NCBI GenBank assembly: GCA_016839605.1
Contig: JAEOTX010000140.1
Coordinates: 1-48,373 of the forward strand
DNA length: 48,373 nt
From: Candidatus Thorarchaeota archaeon
Lineage (GTDB): Archaea; Asgardarchaeota; Thorarchaeia; Thorarchaeales; Thorarchaeaceae
Direction: 5' to 3'
Part shown: piece after piece, positions 6,757 through 16,787 of the stretch
How positions within the stretch are numbered: the stretch's first letter is position 1
How the letters are laid out: the number at the start of each line of letters is the position of its first letter
Notes under the pieces: model-generated
What the model was told of the DNA's origin: nothing
What the model saw: only the letters and a program-made list of their open reading frames with translations
Database searches by the model: none
Made by a program: the position numbers and the translations under genes

Positions 6757-9700
6757 TTGAGGAGAAAGTCGTATATCCTGGTAATAGTTCTCACAGCCTT
6801 ACTGGCTTGGCTACCATACTCCAATTCTACGATGAACTTGTGGCAATCTGAAACACACTTAGACCAAACAGTCGAACGTGAGGACATTGGCTACTCATCA
6901 GCAGACATTCAAACTGGATATTTAGATGCTCTGACCATAGAGCAATCTGGTGCTGACGCAGAACCAGTTAATAATCCTCAGGTTCGAACTGACCAAGTTC
7001 ACTATCCACAATGCAGCCTTGATCTTGATGTTGCATCTGACTGGAAAGGCAAACAGATCGAAGTGAAAGTCGATAATCTGAAGAGGCTCTATGCCTTAAA
7101 CGGAACTTTCGACGAGGGCATCCCAGGTGTGAATCTAAATCCAAATGGCGGTGTGTCATTTCATCCCCTTGGGTGGGACGCTTACAGCGACGACATAAGC
7201 TTCTATGAATATCAGCGTGCATCCTACGTTGACCAGTCGCCCTCTTACATTTCCGTGGAGAACCAAGGACGAACCTATACAGACTCGGGCGACTTGGAAT
7301 ATTTCCGCCATTACTCTGGTACCTATGTTCTATGGTCACAACAGATAAGTTCAGTTCCTTCCACCGAAGACTTCCTATTCAGCATTGATTTCCTGTACGA
7401 TAGTGGTCCTCTGGGCTCGAGATTTAGCAGTGACTTCTTTCTCAGGGCTGTGTTGAAGGATGGATTCACTGAGTGGCCAATCTGGGAGATAGACCCGACG
7501 GGTCTTGCTGAGAGAGATGTCTGGTTCAACGTCGACTCAGTTCCTGTGAGCTTCTCCAGTCTGCCTTCTACGCTTGAGATTCAAGTGGGTCTAACAATCC
7601 AAAATCAAATGTATATTGATTGGGACGATTCCAACTGTGATGGTGACCCTGGCAATTCCAAGTTCATAAGAGCGTTCTTCGACAATGTTTCCTTAGTTGC
7701 GGCCACGCCCCCAGAATTCATTGATGTAGGACTACAGGCCTCTGTTCAGCCTATAGGCGCAACACCCCTAGTTGGCAGTGCAGGAATCGGTCAAGCTTTG
7801 TTGAACCATAGTTTTTGGGAGAGCGACCCAATTACAGTAACACTGTCATCGAGCCTGCCAGTGTCCTTCGATTACGAAGCGAGATTCAGTCATGTGGTTC
7901 GATGGCTCAACTCAAGTCATACTAGATCTCCTACAGATTTTGGTGTATCATATTCGGTCGACTTCGGTAGGAGCCCTCGTTTAACACTCTACACACATAT
8001 AGAATACCATGGTGAATATAGTAACTTTACAGTAGGACTGAACCATCCTAGGGATTGGGAGAACACAACAGTGCTTGATTCGTTTTCCAATGATGTGACT
8101 GGACAATGCAACATCGGGCAAGACAATTTCGAGATAGGTGGAGGTATCCTTGATTCTCTAGGCTGGTGGAGTGTTTCATTCGATGCTCCAAATTATGCAA
8201 TGAGTCTAAGTCCGCAATGGTTCAACAATACTTCTACCACATGGCAAGATGAAATGATGTTCAATTGCGGAGATGACATCCGTGCATCACTCAAAATTGG
8301 TACTCCGGTTTCTGCTCCTGTATCTGTTGATGGAATTGATGTATCATGGTACCTCCCCAATGAAACAATGTGGTCAAGCGAGGAGCTAAGCGGGAGTGGA
8401 GGAGTTGATATCTTCAGTAGCGGTCAAATTCTGGGCGCAGTTAACACAACACCAGGTATATGGGATCTCGTGATACTATGGACCAACGGATCTGAAGTGG
8501 CCTATGACAAGATGGATTTTGAGGTCCACCATTCACTGGTTCTAGTGCCGGTCTTCACATCAATTCAGGCAGAGATGGGAACCAATGCCACAGGTGCAGT
8601 CAGGCTGATTGATTCAGACAACGGAAATCCACTACTTGACGGATTGGCTACAATTACCGGCAATTGGTCGGGTGCCAGTGTTCAATTCAAACCAAACAGT
8701 GCCAAAGGATGGTGGGAGGCTGACTTCAATACAACTCTGATGGGCACTGGGAATTTCACAGTGATTGTCAATGCATCACGTTCATACTATGAAGAAACCA
8801 CTAGTTCCTTTGAGATTCAGATCATAACTGATGCTGTCATGGAGTTTATGGATACAGAATATGTTGAGATAGGGCTTAGTGGTACGTACCCTGCCGTATT
8901 CAGATACCAATATCTTGATGGCACTGGAATATCTGATGCATTAATACAGGTGATGACATGGACAGGTCCTGATGGCGGTCTGATCAGTAGTGCTACGACA
9001 CAGGTGTCAGGACAACCTGGGAATTATTCTATTGACTTTAGTGCCATACTCAGTGGGACCTACTATATCATAGTTTCAGGATCAAAAATCAACCACAAGA
9101 CGACCACATCTTCCTTCTATCTGGTAGTGGGAGAGCTTGGAACACAGCTTCTCCTTCTGAATGAGTCTGCTGCTACTATCGACGCAGAGGGTAACTATAC
9201 AGTGGCGGTCCAATACTTGAATGGCACCGGAGAGGGGCTGAGTGGTGCAGAAGTTGGTGTTATCAGCATGGCACCAGAATCCGGTCTGAACTTCTCCGTG
9301 TCGAATTATCATGGAAATGGGACCTACTCGATTTTTCTGCACCCCGAGAATCATGGGACCTTCTCGCTCATTATTGGAGCGAGCTTGGTCAACCACGAGT
9401 CTCAATTTGTTTCTTTCACGCTAACTGTATCACCACTTGCAAGCATTCTTTCATTAGACACATCAACAGGTCACATTGCTCTTGATAGAAATCACACCCT
9501 TACTCTCACGTTTCAGGATGAGGGTCTAGCTGGCCTTGAAAATGCAAGTATCACTATACTATCCATAATTCCTTCCACAGGTGTTGATTTTTCGAATCTA
9601 ACTGACCTCGGAGGAGGCAATTACTCCATAATCCTGATTCCATTAGTGGGAAATGACTATGAGATTGTGTTCAGAGCATCTCTTCCTAGATATCAGAATG

Positions 9701-11763
9701 CGACCGCAGTATTTACTCTCTACGTCACAGATGCTGAAACGACTCTTCGAACGGCTGATGGCTTGAATATTGGGAATACATACTATAATGAAACGCTCGA
9801 GATTACCCTCCTATTTGAGAGAGTGGACTTCCCGGCTAATATCAGCTTAGCCATTATAGAAGTAGAAAGTGCTGAGGGTTTCAGCTTTGCTGTTGCTGAA
9901 CAACTTGATAGATATATCCTACAAGTCAGATCCACGGTACTTGGGACTTACTTCTTGACAATCAGAGCAACAAGAAGTGGCTATCAGAACGGGACCTTGG
10001 TGTTCAAACTCATTGTATATGAAACACCGACAAGTGTAGTAGGCTCAGGTCCAGCTGCTATCATGTATTCTGGTGTTTCAAATTCATTCATACTGTGGTA
10101 TAATATGAGTGACACTACTGGAATTGATGAGGCCACAGTCAACATCACATATACTCCCTTTGACATCACTTGGTCGGAAGTGGGGAACGGGTATTACGAA
10201 TTCAACTTCACTTCAGGTGCCCCCGGCGACTATTCAATTTCGATACGACTCTCAAAGCACGGATTCCAGATAGTGGATCGGGTATACACATTCGAAGTGA
10301 GAAGGATTCCTACTACTGTACATTGTATTGATCCACCTGCTGCATTTTACTTGACGCGCACCTACAACATATCGTTCTTTTTCAACTCTAGCATAATTAA
10401 TGGCATAGATGGTGCCGATTTCTATCCGCCTCCTCAGATTGAAACATTCTTCTTATTCGAGTCCGGAGGACATGGCTGGTATAATTTCACCCTGACACCT
10501 ACAATTCTTGGTGATTGGAATGCTACTTTCCGCTTTGAAAAGTCAGGCTTCGAAACTCATGCTCTCAGTTTCATAATGGTAGTTGAGAAGATACCCCTTG
10601 CAATTGCGCCAGGCTACGAATTCGAATCGACATACCAAAAAGGTGAATTCAACCAAATGGATATGACTCTGGGATTAGTCGCCGCCGACACCGGTGAGGC
10701 TGTAGCAGACGCAATAGTTGAATACATAATCTTGGACTATGCAACTCAGCAGCAACTAGGAATTGTCCGAAGCTTCATAGAAACCTCTGGTTTGTACAGC
10801 GTTCGCATTGAGATGCCTCCAGCGGGACTATACGTCCTTAACATCACAATTTCAAAGGAAAATCACGGGACTATCTCGGTAACATTGCTTCTTGATGTGG
10901 AACCAGATTTGACAGCTCGGATGATGATCTCCATTCGAAGCTTTCTACCTTATGGAGCGCAAGTGCTTGGTCTAGCCATTGCAGCAATACTTGGTCGTCA
11001 GGCTTACAAGAAAAGAAGCGCCCGAAGGAACCTTGAGCTTCTGGCTTTAGAATCCCGCTTTCAGGATGCCAGCAGTATCATTGGTTTCTTTGTAATCCAT
11101 CGACATACTGGCTTACCGGTTTTCTCCAGGGTGTTGAAAGGCGGACTTGAGGAGGCTCTCGTGAGTGGTTTCATTTCAGCCATTTCTCAATTCAGAGCTG
11201 AGTTTCAAGAGGAGGAGCGGCTGTGGACTGCAACTCCAATCTCGGAGATTATCACTGCTGTACAGACCGAGGTGCTGATATGCGCCATTTTCACAACAAG
11301 CTCACCATCATCAAGGCAAACTGATAATCTTGAAGCTGTTGGAAGGGCTGTTGGGGCATTGTTTGACCAAGATACCGAAACACTCACACGCATGACAATG
11401 AGCGCAGAAGCAGCCGGAGCGTTCGAGAGAACTTTCGATCAGATTTTTGGCGAGTTTCTTGATGGTAAATTGCTCGATTTGTATACGGGCATCGAAACGG
11501 AGCATCTGTCCAGAGAGTACAGACCACTTGAACGAGTGATGGGCGATATCGATGCTAGTGAAGGAGTGAGGCCCATTGAATTAGTCAAGAAGATGGTCTT
11601 AGCAGGAACAGACGAGCTCAAGACATATAGTCTAGTTCTAAGAGCAATTGAAACAGGTCTACTAACTCTGCCAGATCCAGACCATCGTTCTAGTTCTGAA
11701 ATCTACGGAATACCTGAAGAAGGTCGAGATGATTTGCTCTTGGATGACACCGATGAAATCTGA
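6757..11763 (+). CDS. Large single-pass surface glycoprotein (Ig-like beta repeats) with a cytoplasmic longin-like domain
   Basis: Probable TTG start at 6757 after GAGGCGG. Signal peptide RRKSYILVIVLTALLAW; more than 30 N-x-S/T sequons; repeated GNYSI/G.Y.I.I.AS units; TM near FLPYGAQVLGLAIAAIL; tail IIGFFVIHRHTGLPVF..LVSGFISAISQF. Confidence 0.75.
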   Translation: MRRKSYILVIVLTALLAWLPYSNSTMNLWQSETHLDQTVEREDIGYSSADIQTGYLDALTIEQSGADAEPVNNPQVRTDQVHYPQCSLDLDVASDWKGKQIEVKVDNLKRLYALNGTFDEGIPGVNLNPNGGVSFHPLGWDAYSDDISFYEYQRASYVDQSPSYISVENQGRTYTDSGDLEYFRHYSGTYVLWSQQISSVPSTEDFLFSIDFLYDSGPLGSRFSSDFFLRAVLKDGFTEWPIWEIDPTGLAERDVWFNVDSVPVSFSSLPSTLEIQVGLTIQNQMYIDWDDSNCDGDPGNSKFIRAFFDNVSLVAATPPEFIDVGLQASVQPIGATPLVGSAGIGQALLNHSFWESDPITVTLSSSLPVSFDYEARFSHVVRWLNSSHTRSPTDFGVSYSVDFGRSPRLTLYTHIEYHGEYSNFTVGLNHPRDWENTTVLDSFSNDVTGQCNIGQDNFEIGGGILDSLGWWSVSFDAPNYAMSLSPQWFNNTSTTWQDEMMFNCGDDIRASLKIGTPVSAPVSVDGIDVSWYLPNETMWSSEELSGSGGVDIFSSGQILGAVNTTPGIWDLVILWTNGSEVAYDKMDFEVHHSLVLVPVFTSIQAEMGTNATGAVRLIDSDNGNPLLDGLATITGNWSGASVQFKPNSAKGWWEADFNTTLMGTGNFTVIVNASRSYYEETTSSFEIQIITDAVMEFMDTEYVEIGLSGTYPAVFRYQYLDGTGISDALIQVMTWTGPDGGLISSATTQVSGQPGNYSIDFSAILSGTYYIIVSGSKINHKTTTSSFYLVVGELGTQLLLLNESAATIDAEGNYTVAVQYLNGTGEGLSGAEVGVISMAPESGLNFSVSNYHGNGTYSIFLHPENHGTFSLIIGASLVNHESQFVSFTLTVSPLASILSLDTSTGHIALDRNHTLTLTFQDEGLAGLENASITILSIIPSTGVDFSNLTDLGGGNYSIILIPLVGNDYEIVFRASLPRYQNATAVFTLYVTDAETTLRTADGLNIGNTYYNETLEITLLFERVDFPANISLAIIEVESAEGFSFAVAEQLDRYILQVRSTVLGTYFLTIRATRSGYQNGTLVFKLIVYETPTSVVGSGPAAIMYSGVSNSFILWYNMSDTTGIDEATVNITYTPFDITWSEVGNGYYEFNFTSGAPGDYSISIRLSKHGFQIVDRVYTFEVRRIPTTVHCIDPPAAFYLTRTYNISFFFNSSIINGIDGADFYPPPQIETFFLFESGGHGWYNFTLTPTILGDWNATFRFEKSGFETHALSFIMVVEKIPLAIAPGYEFESTYQKGEFNQMDMTLGLVAADTGEAVADAIVEYIILDYATQQQLGIVRSFIETSGLYSVRIEMPPAGLYVLNITISKENHGTISVTLLLDVEPDLTARMMISIRSFLPYGAQVLGLAIAAILGRQAYKKRSARRNLELLALESRFQDASSIIGFFVIHRHTGLPVFSRVLKGGLEEALVSGFISAISQFRAEFQEEERLWTATPISEIITAVQTEVLICAIFTTSSPSSRQTDNLEAVGRAVGALFDQDTETLTRMTMSAEAAGAFERTFDQIFGEFLDGKLLDLYTGIETEHLSREYRPLERVMGDIDASEGVRPIELVKKMVLAGTDELKTYSLVLRAIETGLLTLPDPDHRSSSEIYGIPEEGRDDLLLDDTDEI

Positions 11764-11785
11764 GCTTGATCAATCAATATCTTCC

Positions 11786-11820
11786 AAGGTAGAGAGAAGT
11801 AGATTCGGCGGTGAGATAGA
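11786..11820 (+). repeat. Repeat block A, second full copy
   Basis: AAGGTAGAGAGAAGT-AGATT-CGGCGGTGAGATAGA; 30/35 identical to 1160-1194, with all differences in the 5-bp centre. Confidence 0.9.
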
Positions 11821-11908
11821 AAGTCATAGCACAAGTTGTCTGCTATCAACATATTCAATCGAGTGGCAAGGCTGATGCATTTGTCAGATTTCGAGGCACA
11901 TTTTATCA

Positions 11909-12742
11909 TTACAGCCCAATTATTTCACTGATTTGACTGACTACAGCACCAAAGGCCTTGGCTGCTTTGGAGTCTGGATTCTCCTCCACAAATGGTGTCC
12001 CCTTATCAGACAGGCTGATGATTCTCGGGTCCAATGGTAATGACCCTAAATGGCGTATTCCAAAATCGTCTGCAGCCTTCTTAGTCACTCCTTCTCCGAA
12101 CAGCTTGTATGTTTCACCACACTTTGGACACACAAACTCGCTCATGTTCTCTACTATACCCAAAATAGGAACGCCCATTCTTTCCACAAGTCGAATCGCC
12201 CGACGTGCATCAAGCACAGCAACTTCCTGAGGTGTTGATACAATGATTACTCCATCTATATCTGGAATTGACTGAAGAATGCTTAGTATCTCATCTCCGG
12301 TGCCAGGAGGCAAGTCTACGACTAGAACATCCATTTCTCCCCACATCACGTCACTCAGGAACTGACGAATAGCTTTTCCAACAAGTGGCCCTCTCCAGGC
12401 GATCGCGTCATCTGTCTGTCTGAGAAGAAAGCCCATACTCATTACTTTAAGATTGAGTGGTCCCCTTATGGGTCGAATTCTTTCATTCTCTGCTTCTGGA
12501 TGAAGACCCTCGAGACCCAATAGCTTTGGGACATTTGGTCCATATATGTCAACATCGAGAATACCGGACTTCAGCCCTTTCTTGGCGAAAGACATTGCTA
12601 AATTCGTAGCCACAGTGGTTTTCCCAACGCCGCCTTTACCAGAGAGTACCACGATCTTATGCTTTACATCTTTCATGTTCGCTCTGACCTCGGGCGGAAC
12701 CAAGTCCTTTCCGTCAGTAACTGTGTTGGTCATGCATGACAC
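11909..12742 (-). CDS. mrp: Mrp/ApbC/NBP35 family Fe-S cluster carrier ATPase
   Basis: SGKGGVGKT, DVDIYGP, WRGP, DLPPGTGDE, VENMS..CPKC. Confidence 0.95.
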   Translation of the reverse strand: MSCMTNTVTDGKDLVPPEVRANMKDVKHKIVVLSGKGGVGKTTVATNLAMSFAKKGLKSGILDVDIYGPNVPKLLGLEGLHPEAENERIRPIRGPLNLKVMSMGFLLRQTDDAIAWRGPLVGKAIRQFLSDVMWGEMDVLVVDLPPGTGDEILSILQSIPDIDGVIIVSTPQEVAVLDARRAIRLVERMGVPILGIVENMSEFVCPKCGETYKLFGEGVTKKAADDFGIRHLGSLPLDPRIISLSDKGTPFVEENPDSKAAKAFGAVVSQISEIIGL

Positions 12743-12791
12743 CTGCTTGGTTGTTTCCTTTCAGTCCATTAAGAATATACAACCACACGAG

Positions 12792-12811
12792 TAATGAATC
12801 CTGATTCATTA
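12792..12811. promoter_or_regulatory. Perfect 9-2-9 palindrome upstream of mrp
   Basis: TAATGAATC-CT-GATTCATTA. Confidence 0.75.
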
Positions 12812-12891
12812 TAAAGGAGTCGGTACAGGAACTGCTTGCTATTTCAGAGGTCAGTAGCGATGTGCTATCAGTTCGACTCAGTAATTTTATT

Positions 12892-12908
12892 CATTGCTGA
12901 GCATCCTG
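12892..12908 (+). repeat. Repeat block B, copy 6
   Basis: CATTGCTGAGCATCCTG (16/17 to the 4131 copy). Confidence 0.8.
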
Positions 12909-13029
12909 GTGAAGATTAGAAGCACGGCAAGTATGTAGCATGCGACCGGCCGTTTTCATGCATCTGAAAGGGATGGATAAGTTCCGAGAGAGAAACTTCC
13001 GAAGTACATATGATAGTGAACTGAATTTA

Positions 13030-13524
13030 CTATTTCAGCTGATAGTAGTGATCACAGCAAGTATCACCGCTCATTAGCTTCTTTGTTATTTTAAACTCCA
13101 TTTTCGGATTGAATCCAGCTACAATGTGAGGGTCTGTGCTGCAATGAAATATCAGTCCATACTCTGGTTTTCCAATTTCAAGATAGGTGTCTGCCATTGG
13201 GCATTTCGTGCAATGAATCTGTGCTGAATCTTCAGTTCTCTCTACGGTGAATTCTCCGCCTACGGAACTAAAAGATTTCCAGAGAGTATCAAGAATTCCG
13301 TCAATGCCGATGTTTTCTCTCTCCGAAGCAACTTCAGCCCAAACCTCTCTGGTCATTTCAGCGATTATATCCAGAACTTGCTCATTGGCCTCGGTTCCAA
13401 AATCATTCTCATACTTCTCGAGGAGATCTTTTAGCTTCTTGGGATTTGATCGGGCAGCACGAATGTCATTAACAAGCTCTCGCAGCTCATGACTTGTTGA
13501 TTCTGATTCATTCATTCTTTTCAC
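13030..13524 (-). CDS. L-2-amino-thiazoline-4-carboxylate hydrolase-like (V4R-related) protein
   Basis: CTKCP....G..E.G..FHCSTD....GFNP...F..TKKLM.GD.CCDH. Confidence 0.8.
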   Translation of the reverse strand: MKRMNESESTSHELRELVNDIRAARSNPKKLKDLLEKYENDFGTEANEQVLDIIAEMTREVWAEVASERENIGIDGILDTLWKSFSSVGGEFTVERTEDSAQIHCTKCPMADTYLEIGKPEYGLIFHCSTDPHIVAGFNPKMEFKITKKLMSGDTCCDHYYQLK

Positions 13525-13650
13525 AAGCTTCAGCTCACAGTTTCAAACATAAAAGCAGGCAGCTTCGCGCAGGATAAAACAGGCCTGGGCTTTTTCGGAG
13601 GTGACAATCTAATTCGAGATTCTATTATGCTATACTCCTATGGCAGATGC

Positions 13651-14004
13651 ATGAGTGTATTGCTGATTCTGAACAATCCTGCCTACGGTACAGAACGCTC
13701 ATACAACGGGCTGCGTCTAGCCCGGCAACTGAAGAAGGAGAATCCTGACCTGGATGTGCGTGTCTTCTTGATTGGTGATGCTGTATCTTGTGCAGTGTCT
13801 GGTCAAAAGACCCATGATGGCTACTATAATCTAGAGAGGATGATACGAGCTCTAATCCCAAAGAAAGTCGCCATCAAATGCTGCGGAACATGTCTTGATG
13901 CGCGTGGTCTGACTGAGGGTTCCTTGGTTTCTGGAGCAAAACAAGGGAGCATGAGTGACCTAGCAAAATGGACTTCTGAAGCTGATAAGGCAGTCACTTT
14001 CTGA
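13651..14004 (+). CDS. DsrE/YchN family sulfur-relay protein
   Basis: PAYGTERSYNGLRLA, VFLIGDAV, CGTCLDARG, LAKWT..ADK..TF. Confidence 0.9.
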   Translation: MSVLLILNNPAYGTERSYNGLRLARQLKKENPDLDVRVFLIGDAVSCAVSGQKTHDGYYNLERMIRALIPKKVAIKCCGTCLDARGLTEGSLVSGAKQGSMSDLAKWTSEADKAVTF

Positions 14005-14008
14005 AGAT

Positions 14009-15082
14009 CTAGTCTGTTTCAGCTCTCTTCATGCGTTCACGAATGGCCTCGATTTCCTTGTTCCTCTTCTCTAACCAAGCCTCTTTTCGCTCGTTGGTCT
14101 TCACATATTCTTCATATGCCTCTGACCACTCTTGCCTAGTTTGTTGAAGCTGCCGTTTCAGGTGTTCGTACATAATTCTCTTGACATGTACCGTATTCTT
14201 CAGATTGAGTAGGGCTGTGTCAAAGTCCGAAGTGACTTTCGAGAGTTCCGATTCAGATTCCTTCAGCTCAGTACGTAGATTATGAATCTCAATTGATGCC
14301 TGTTGCCTCGGATCTTCATGAACCCCCGAATCTGGAAGGACCGCGCTCGTTTCAGCACGTTCAGATTTAATGGGACTGAAAAGACTCGCAGCTTCACTAC
14401 TTGCAACATCATCTGATATCGAAGGCGAAGCGGCCACTTCATCAGTTATGGGTGTAGGTCTATCCTGTCGAAGCTGAGAAGGTATCCTTTTTGCAGTATC
14501 GATAAGTCGGCCAGCAGCTTTATCGATCATCATCTTGGTCAGTCTTTCGAAGGCGTCATTGATATTCTCGCCTGTCAATGCCGATGTTTCAATGAATATA
14601 GACGGTGTATTCAACTCCTCGCCAAACCTTTTGGCGAATGCTTGCCCCTCTTTGTATGATACGATTTCTGCTTCCGAGTGACTTGGTCTTAGGTCAATCT
14701 TGTTACCTATGATAACCAGGGGAGGAAGCCTGCCCATGAATCCGTGCGCTTCGACAAGCCACTTCGATGCATTGTCGAAGGACTCTCTATTCACCACAGA
14801 ATACGCGAGAGCCAGGCCGCTGGCTCCTTCATAATACCGTCTGCGAAGCCCTTGGAAAAGAGGCTGTCCAGCTATGTCCCAGATTATCAGATACACGGGT
14901 TTTTTCTTCAGCATAATGGCCTTCTGGGCAAAATCAACCCCCAGGGTCGCGATGTAACTTCTCTTGAATACTTTGCCCATAAATGTTCGACGAATGCTCG
15001 TCTTTCCGACAAATCCGTCGCCGATCAGACATATCTTAAACTGTCGGCGGAGAGGCCCGGTTCTAATAGCTACTCCCTCCAT
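14009..15082 (-). CDS. Rab-like small GTPase with a low-complexity linker and C-terminal coiled coil
   Basis: G1 GDGFVGKT, TLGVDF, G3 WDIAGQ, YYEGA, G4 NKID, G5 ETSAL; C-terminal ~95 aa are E/K/R-rich with heptad character. Confidence 0.9.
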   Translation of the reverse strand: MEGVAIRTGPLRRQFKICLIGDGFVGKTSIRRTFMGKVFKRSYIATLGVDFAQKAIMLKKKPVYLIIWDIAGQPLFQGLRRRYYEGASGLALAYSVVNRESFDNASKWLVEAHGFMGRLPPLVIIGNKIDLRPSHSEAEIVSYKEGQAFAKRFGEELNTPSIFIETSALTGENINDAFERLTKMMIDKAAGRLIDTAKRIPSQLRQDRPTPITDEVAASPSISDDVASSEAASLFSPIKSERAETSAVLPDSGVHEDPRQQASIEIHNLRTELKESESELSKVTSDFDTALLNLKNTVHVKRIMYEHLKRQLQQTRQEWSEAYEEYVKTNERKEAWLEKRNKEIEAIRERMKRAETD

Positions 15083-15219
15083 TCATAGAAGGCGGCGCGG
15101 TTTTCCTAACTATTTGTCGCTTATAGTGATATTGTAGCTGTGCAAGTTAGTCTTCAGTAACTCTATTGTATCACCCGTGTATCACCCTTGGAATCAATCA
15201 GAGATATCTTCCTACGCAG

Positions 15220-15936
15220 CTATTCCTCGACTGCTCCGCCAATCTTTTTGAGGTGTTGTCTAAATGTGAGGGCTGGATCCTTCTTCCTGGCACGAAGATA
15301 TCTATCAAACTGCAATTGCTCACTCAGATTATTTCCATCTCTAATCTTCTTAGATTGGCTTTGTTCTTTCTCCATTATTGTCTTAGCAACTTTCAACACA
15401 TTGGAGGTGTTCTCGATTGATATGAAGAGGACTCCATCGGGGTCTCCGAATACGACATCTTCACGAGTCACTGTCAAATCCCCAAATCTAGCTAAGCTTA
15501 GTGCATCTGGGCTTCGTTTGTCGACTCTTTGCGGTCCAGCAGGATATGTACCGTAACTCATGATTGGAAGCCCCATCCCCATCAGCTCCTTAGTGTCCCT
15601 GTGTGAGCCCCAGATAACAATCCCTCCAAGACCACGCTCCTTTGCCTCAAGTGCGATGAGGTCTCCTATGCATCCCTCATCACTTCTACCGCCGTTGTCA
15701 ATCACAAGCACGTCACCATTATCTGCCTCTTTCATGACTTCTAGGAAGATATCTACACTTCCAAAATGTTGGCATGGGAGTGATTTGCCTGCAACACACA
15801 TCTCTCTGTCAATCTGCTTGATTCCGGGTGGGCCAATTCTAGGAGTCAAACCAAGACGAATGCAGGCATCGGCCAACAGCGGTGTTGAAAGTAATGAGAA
15901 GGATTCTGCAATTAGGATATTCTCCAATGTTGTCAC
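15220..15936 (-). CDS. RraA family (HMG/CHA aldolase-like) protein
   Basis: [10 protein letters not shown]...[23 protein letters not shown]. Confidence 0.9.
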   Translation of the reverse strand: MTTLENILIAESFSLLSTPLLADACIRLGLTPRIGPPGIKQIDREMCVAGKSLPCQHFGSVDIFLEVMKEADNGDVLVIDNGGRSDEGCIGDLIALEAKERGLGGIVIWGSHRDTKELMGMGLPIMSYGTYPAGPQRVDKRSPDALSLARFGDLTVTREDVVFGDPDGVLFISIENTSNVLKVAKTIMEKEQSQSKKIRDGNNLSEQLQFDRYLRARKKDPALTFRQHLKKIGGAVEE

Positions 15937-16176
15937 CTCTATATTGAATCAATCTGGTCTTGTCTTTGCCTTAGAGTATTGCGCTTCTTGCTGCCTTCCA
16001 ATGGGGCACACCTCTGAATCCATAACGCCCAATCTGTTATTTTACTCTTCAACCGTCATCTGACGGCTCTCGCAGTGTTTCGTGAAAAGCCAAGATGGCA
16101 TGGTTCAGTCAGCTTCAGTCATTGGTGAATCAATCATTGATTATTCGCGCTCAAAGCAAACACCCAAATAGCAGCA

Positions 16177-16196
16177 TAATGAATATTGATTCACTT
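16177..16196. promoter_or_regulatory. Degenerate copy of the 9-2-9 palindrome upstream of the hdr cluster
   Basis: TAATGAATA-TT-GATTCACTT (15/18 arm positions match); a TTTTAAG TATA-like box lies ~27 bp downstream. Confidence 0.6.
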
Positions 16197-16259
16197 AACA
16201 CAAGTCGCTTCCTGAGGAACGATTTTAAGCCGCGCTTGGCCAGATGTGAGTTGATAGCT

Positions 16260-16787
16260 GTGACTCCTACTAGCATATCGTCTGACCTTGAGTTTAGAAA
16301 CTGGATTCTTAAACAACCAGAAGGGGAAACACTGCTAAGATGCTATCAGTGTGGGCGCTGCACTAGTGCATGTCCAATAGCTGAGATTGACCATTCGTTC
16401 AATCCTCGTCTTTTCCTTGAGAAAGTCATCTTAGCAGATGAGTCTCTTGCAGAGAATCAACTCATCTGGACCTGTCTGACCTGTGAGCAATGTGAAGTAC
16501 GATGTCCTGAACATGTCAAGATACCTCAGATTCTGATACTCGCTAAGGTCAGAGGCTTGGTGTCAGGAAACACACCCGAGACGGCATTAGATCGAGCCAG
16601 GTCTATCTTGTCACAGGGACGTACAATCCAAGTCAGTGAACCTATGCTCAAAACCCGTGATAAGATGGGACTGCCTTCTCTTGGAAATCCACCTGTTAAG
16701 CAGCTTGCTAAGGCTCTCAAGGAACTAGGTCTCGCTGAGAAGCTCGAGAATATCAAGTCGATCTATGGAGGTGATGGGGATGAGTAA
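16260..16787 (+). CDS. hdrC: Heterodisulfide reductase subunit C-like (2x[4Fe-4S])
   Basis: CYQCGRCTSACP and IWTCLTCEQCEVRCP; start uncertain (GTG 16260 preferred over ATG 16095). Confidence 0.9.
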   Translation: MTPTSISSDLEFRNWILKQPEGETLLRCYQCGRCTSACPIAEIDHSFNPRLFLEKVILADESLAENQLIWTCLTCEQCEVRCPEHVKIPQILILAKVRGLVSGNTPETALDRARSILSQGRTIQVSEPMLKTRDKMGLPSLGNPPVKQLAKALKELGLAEKLENIKSIYGGDGDE

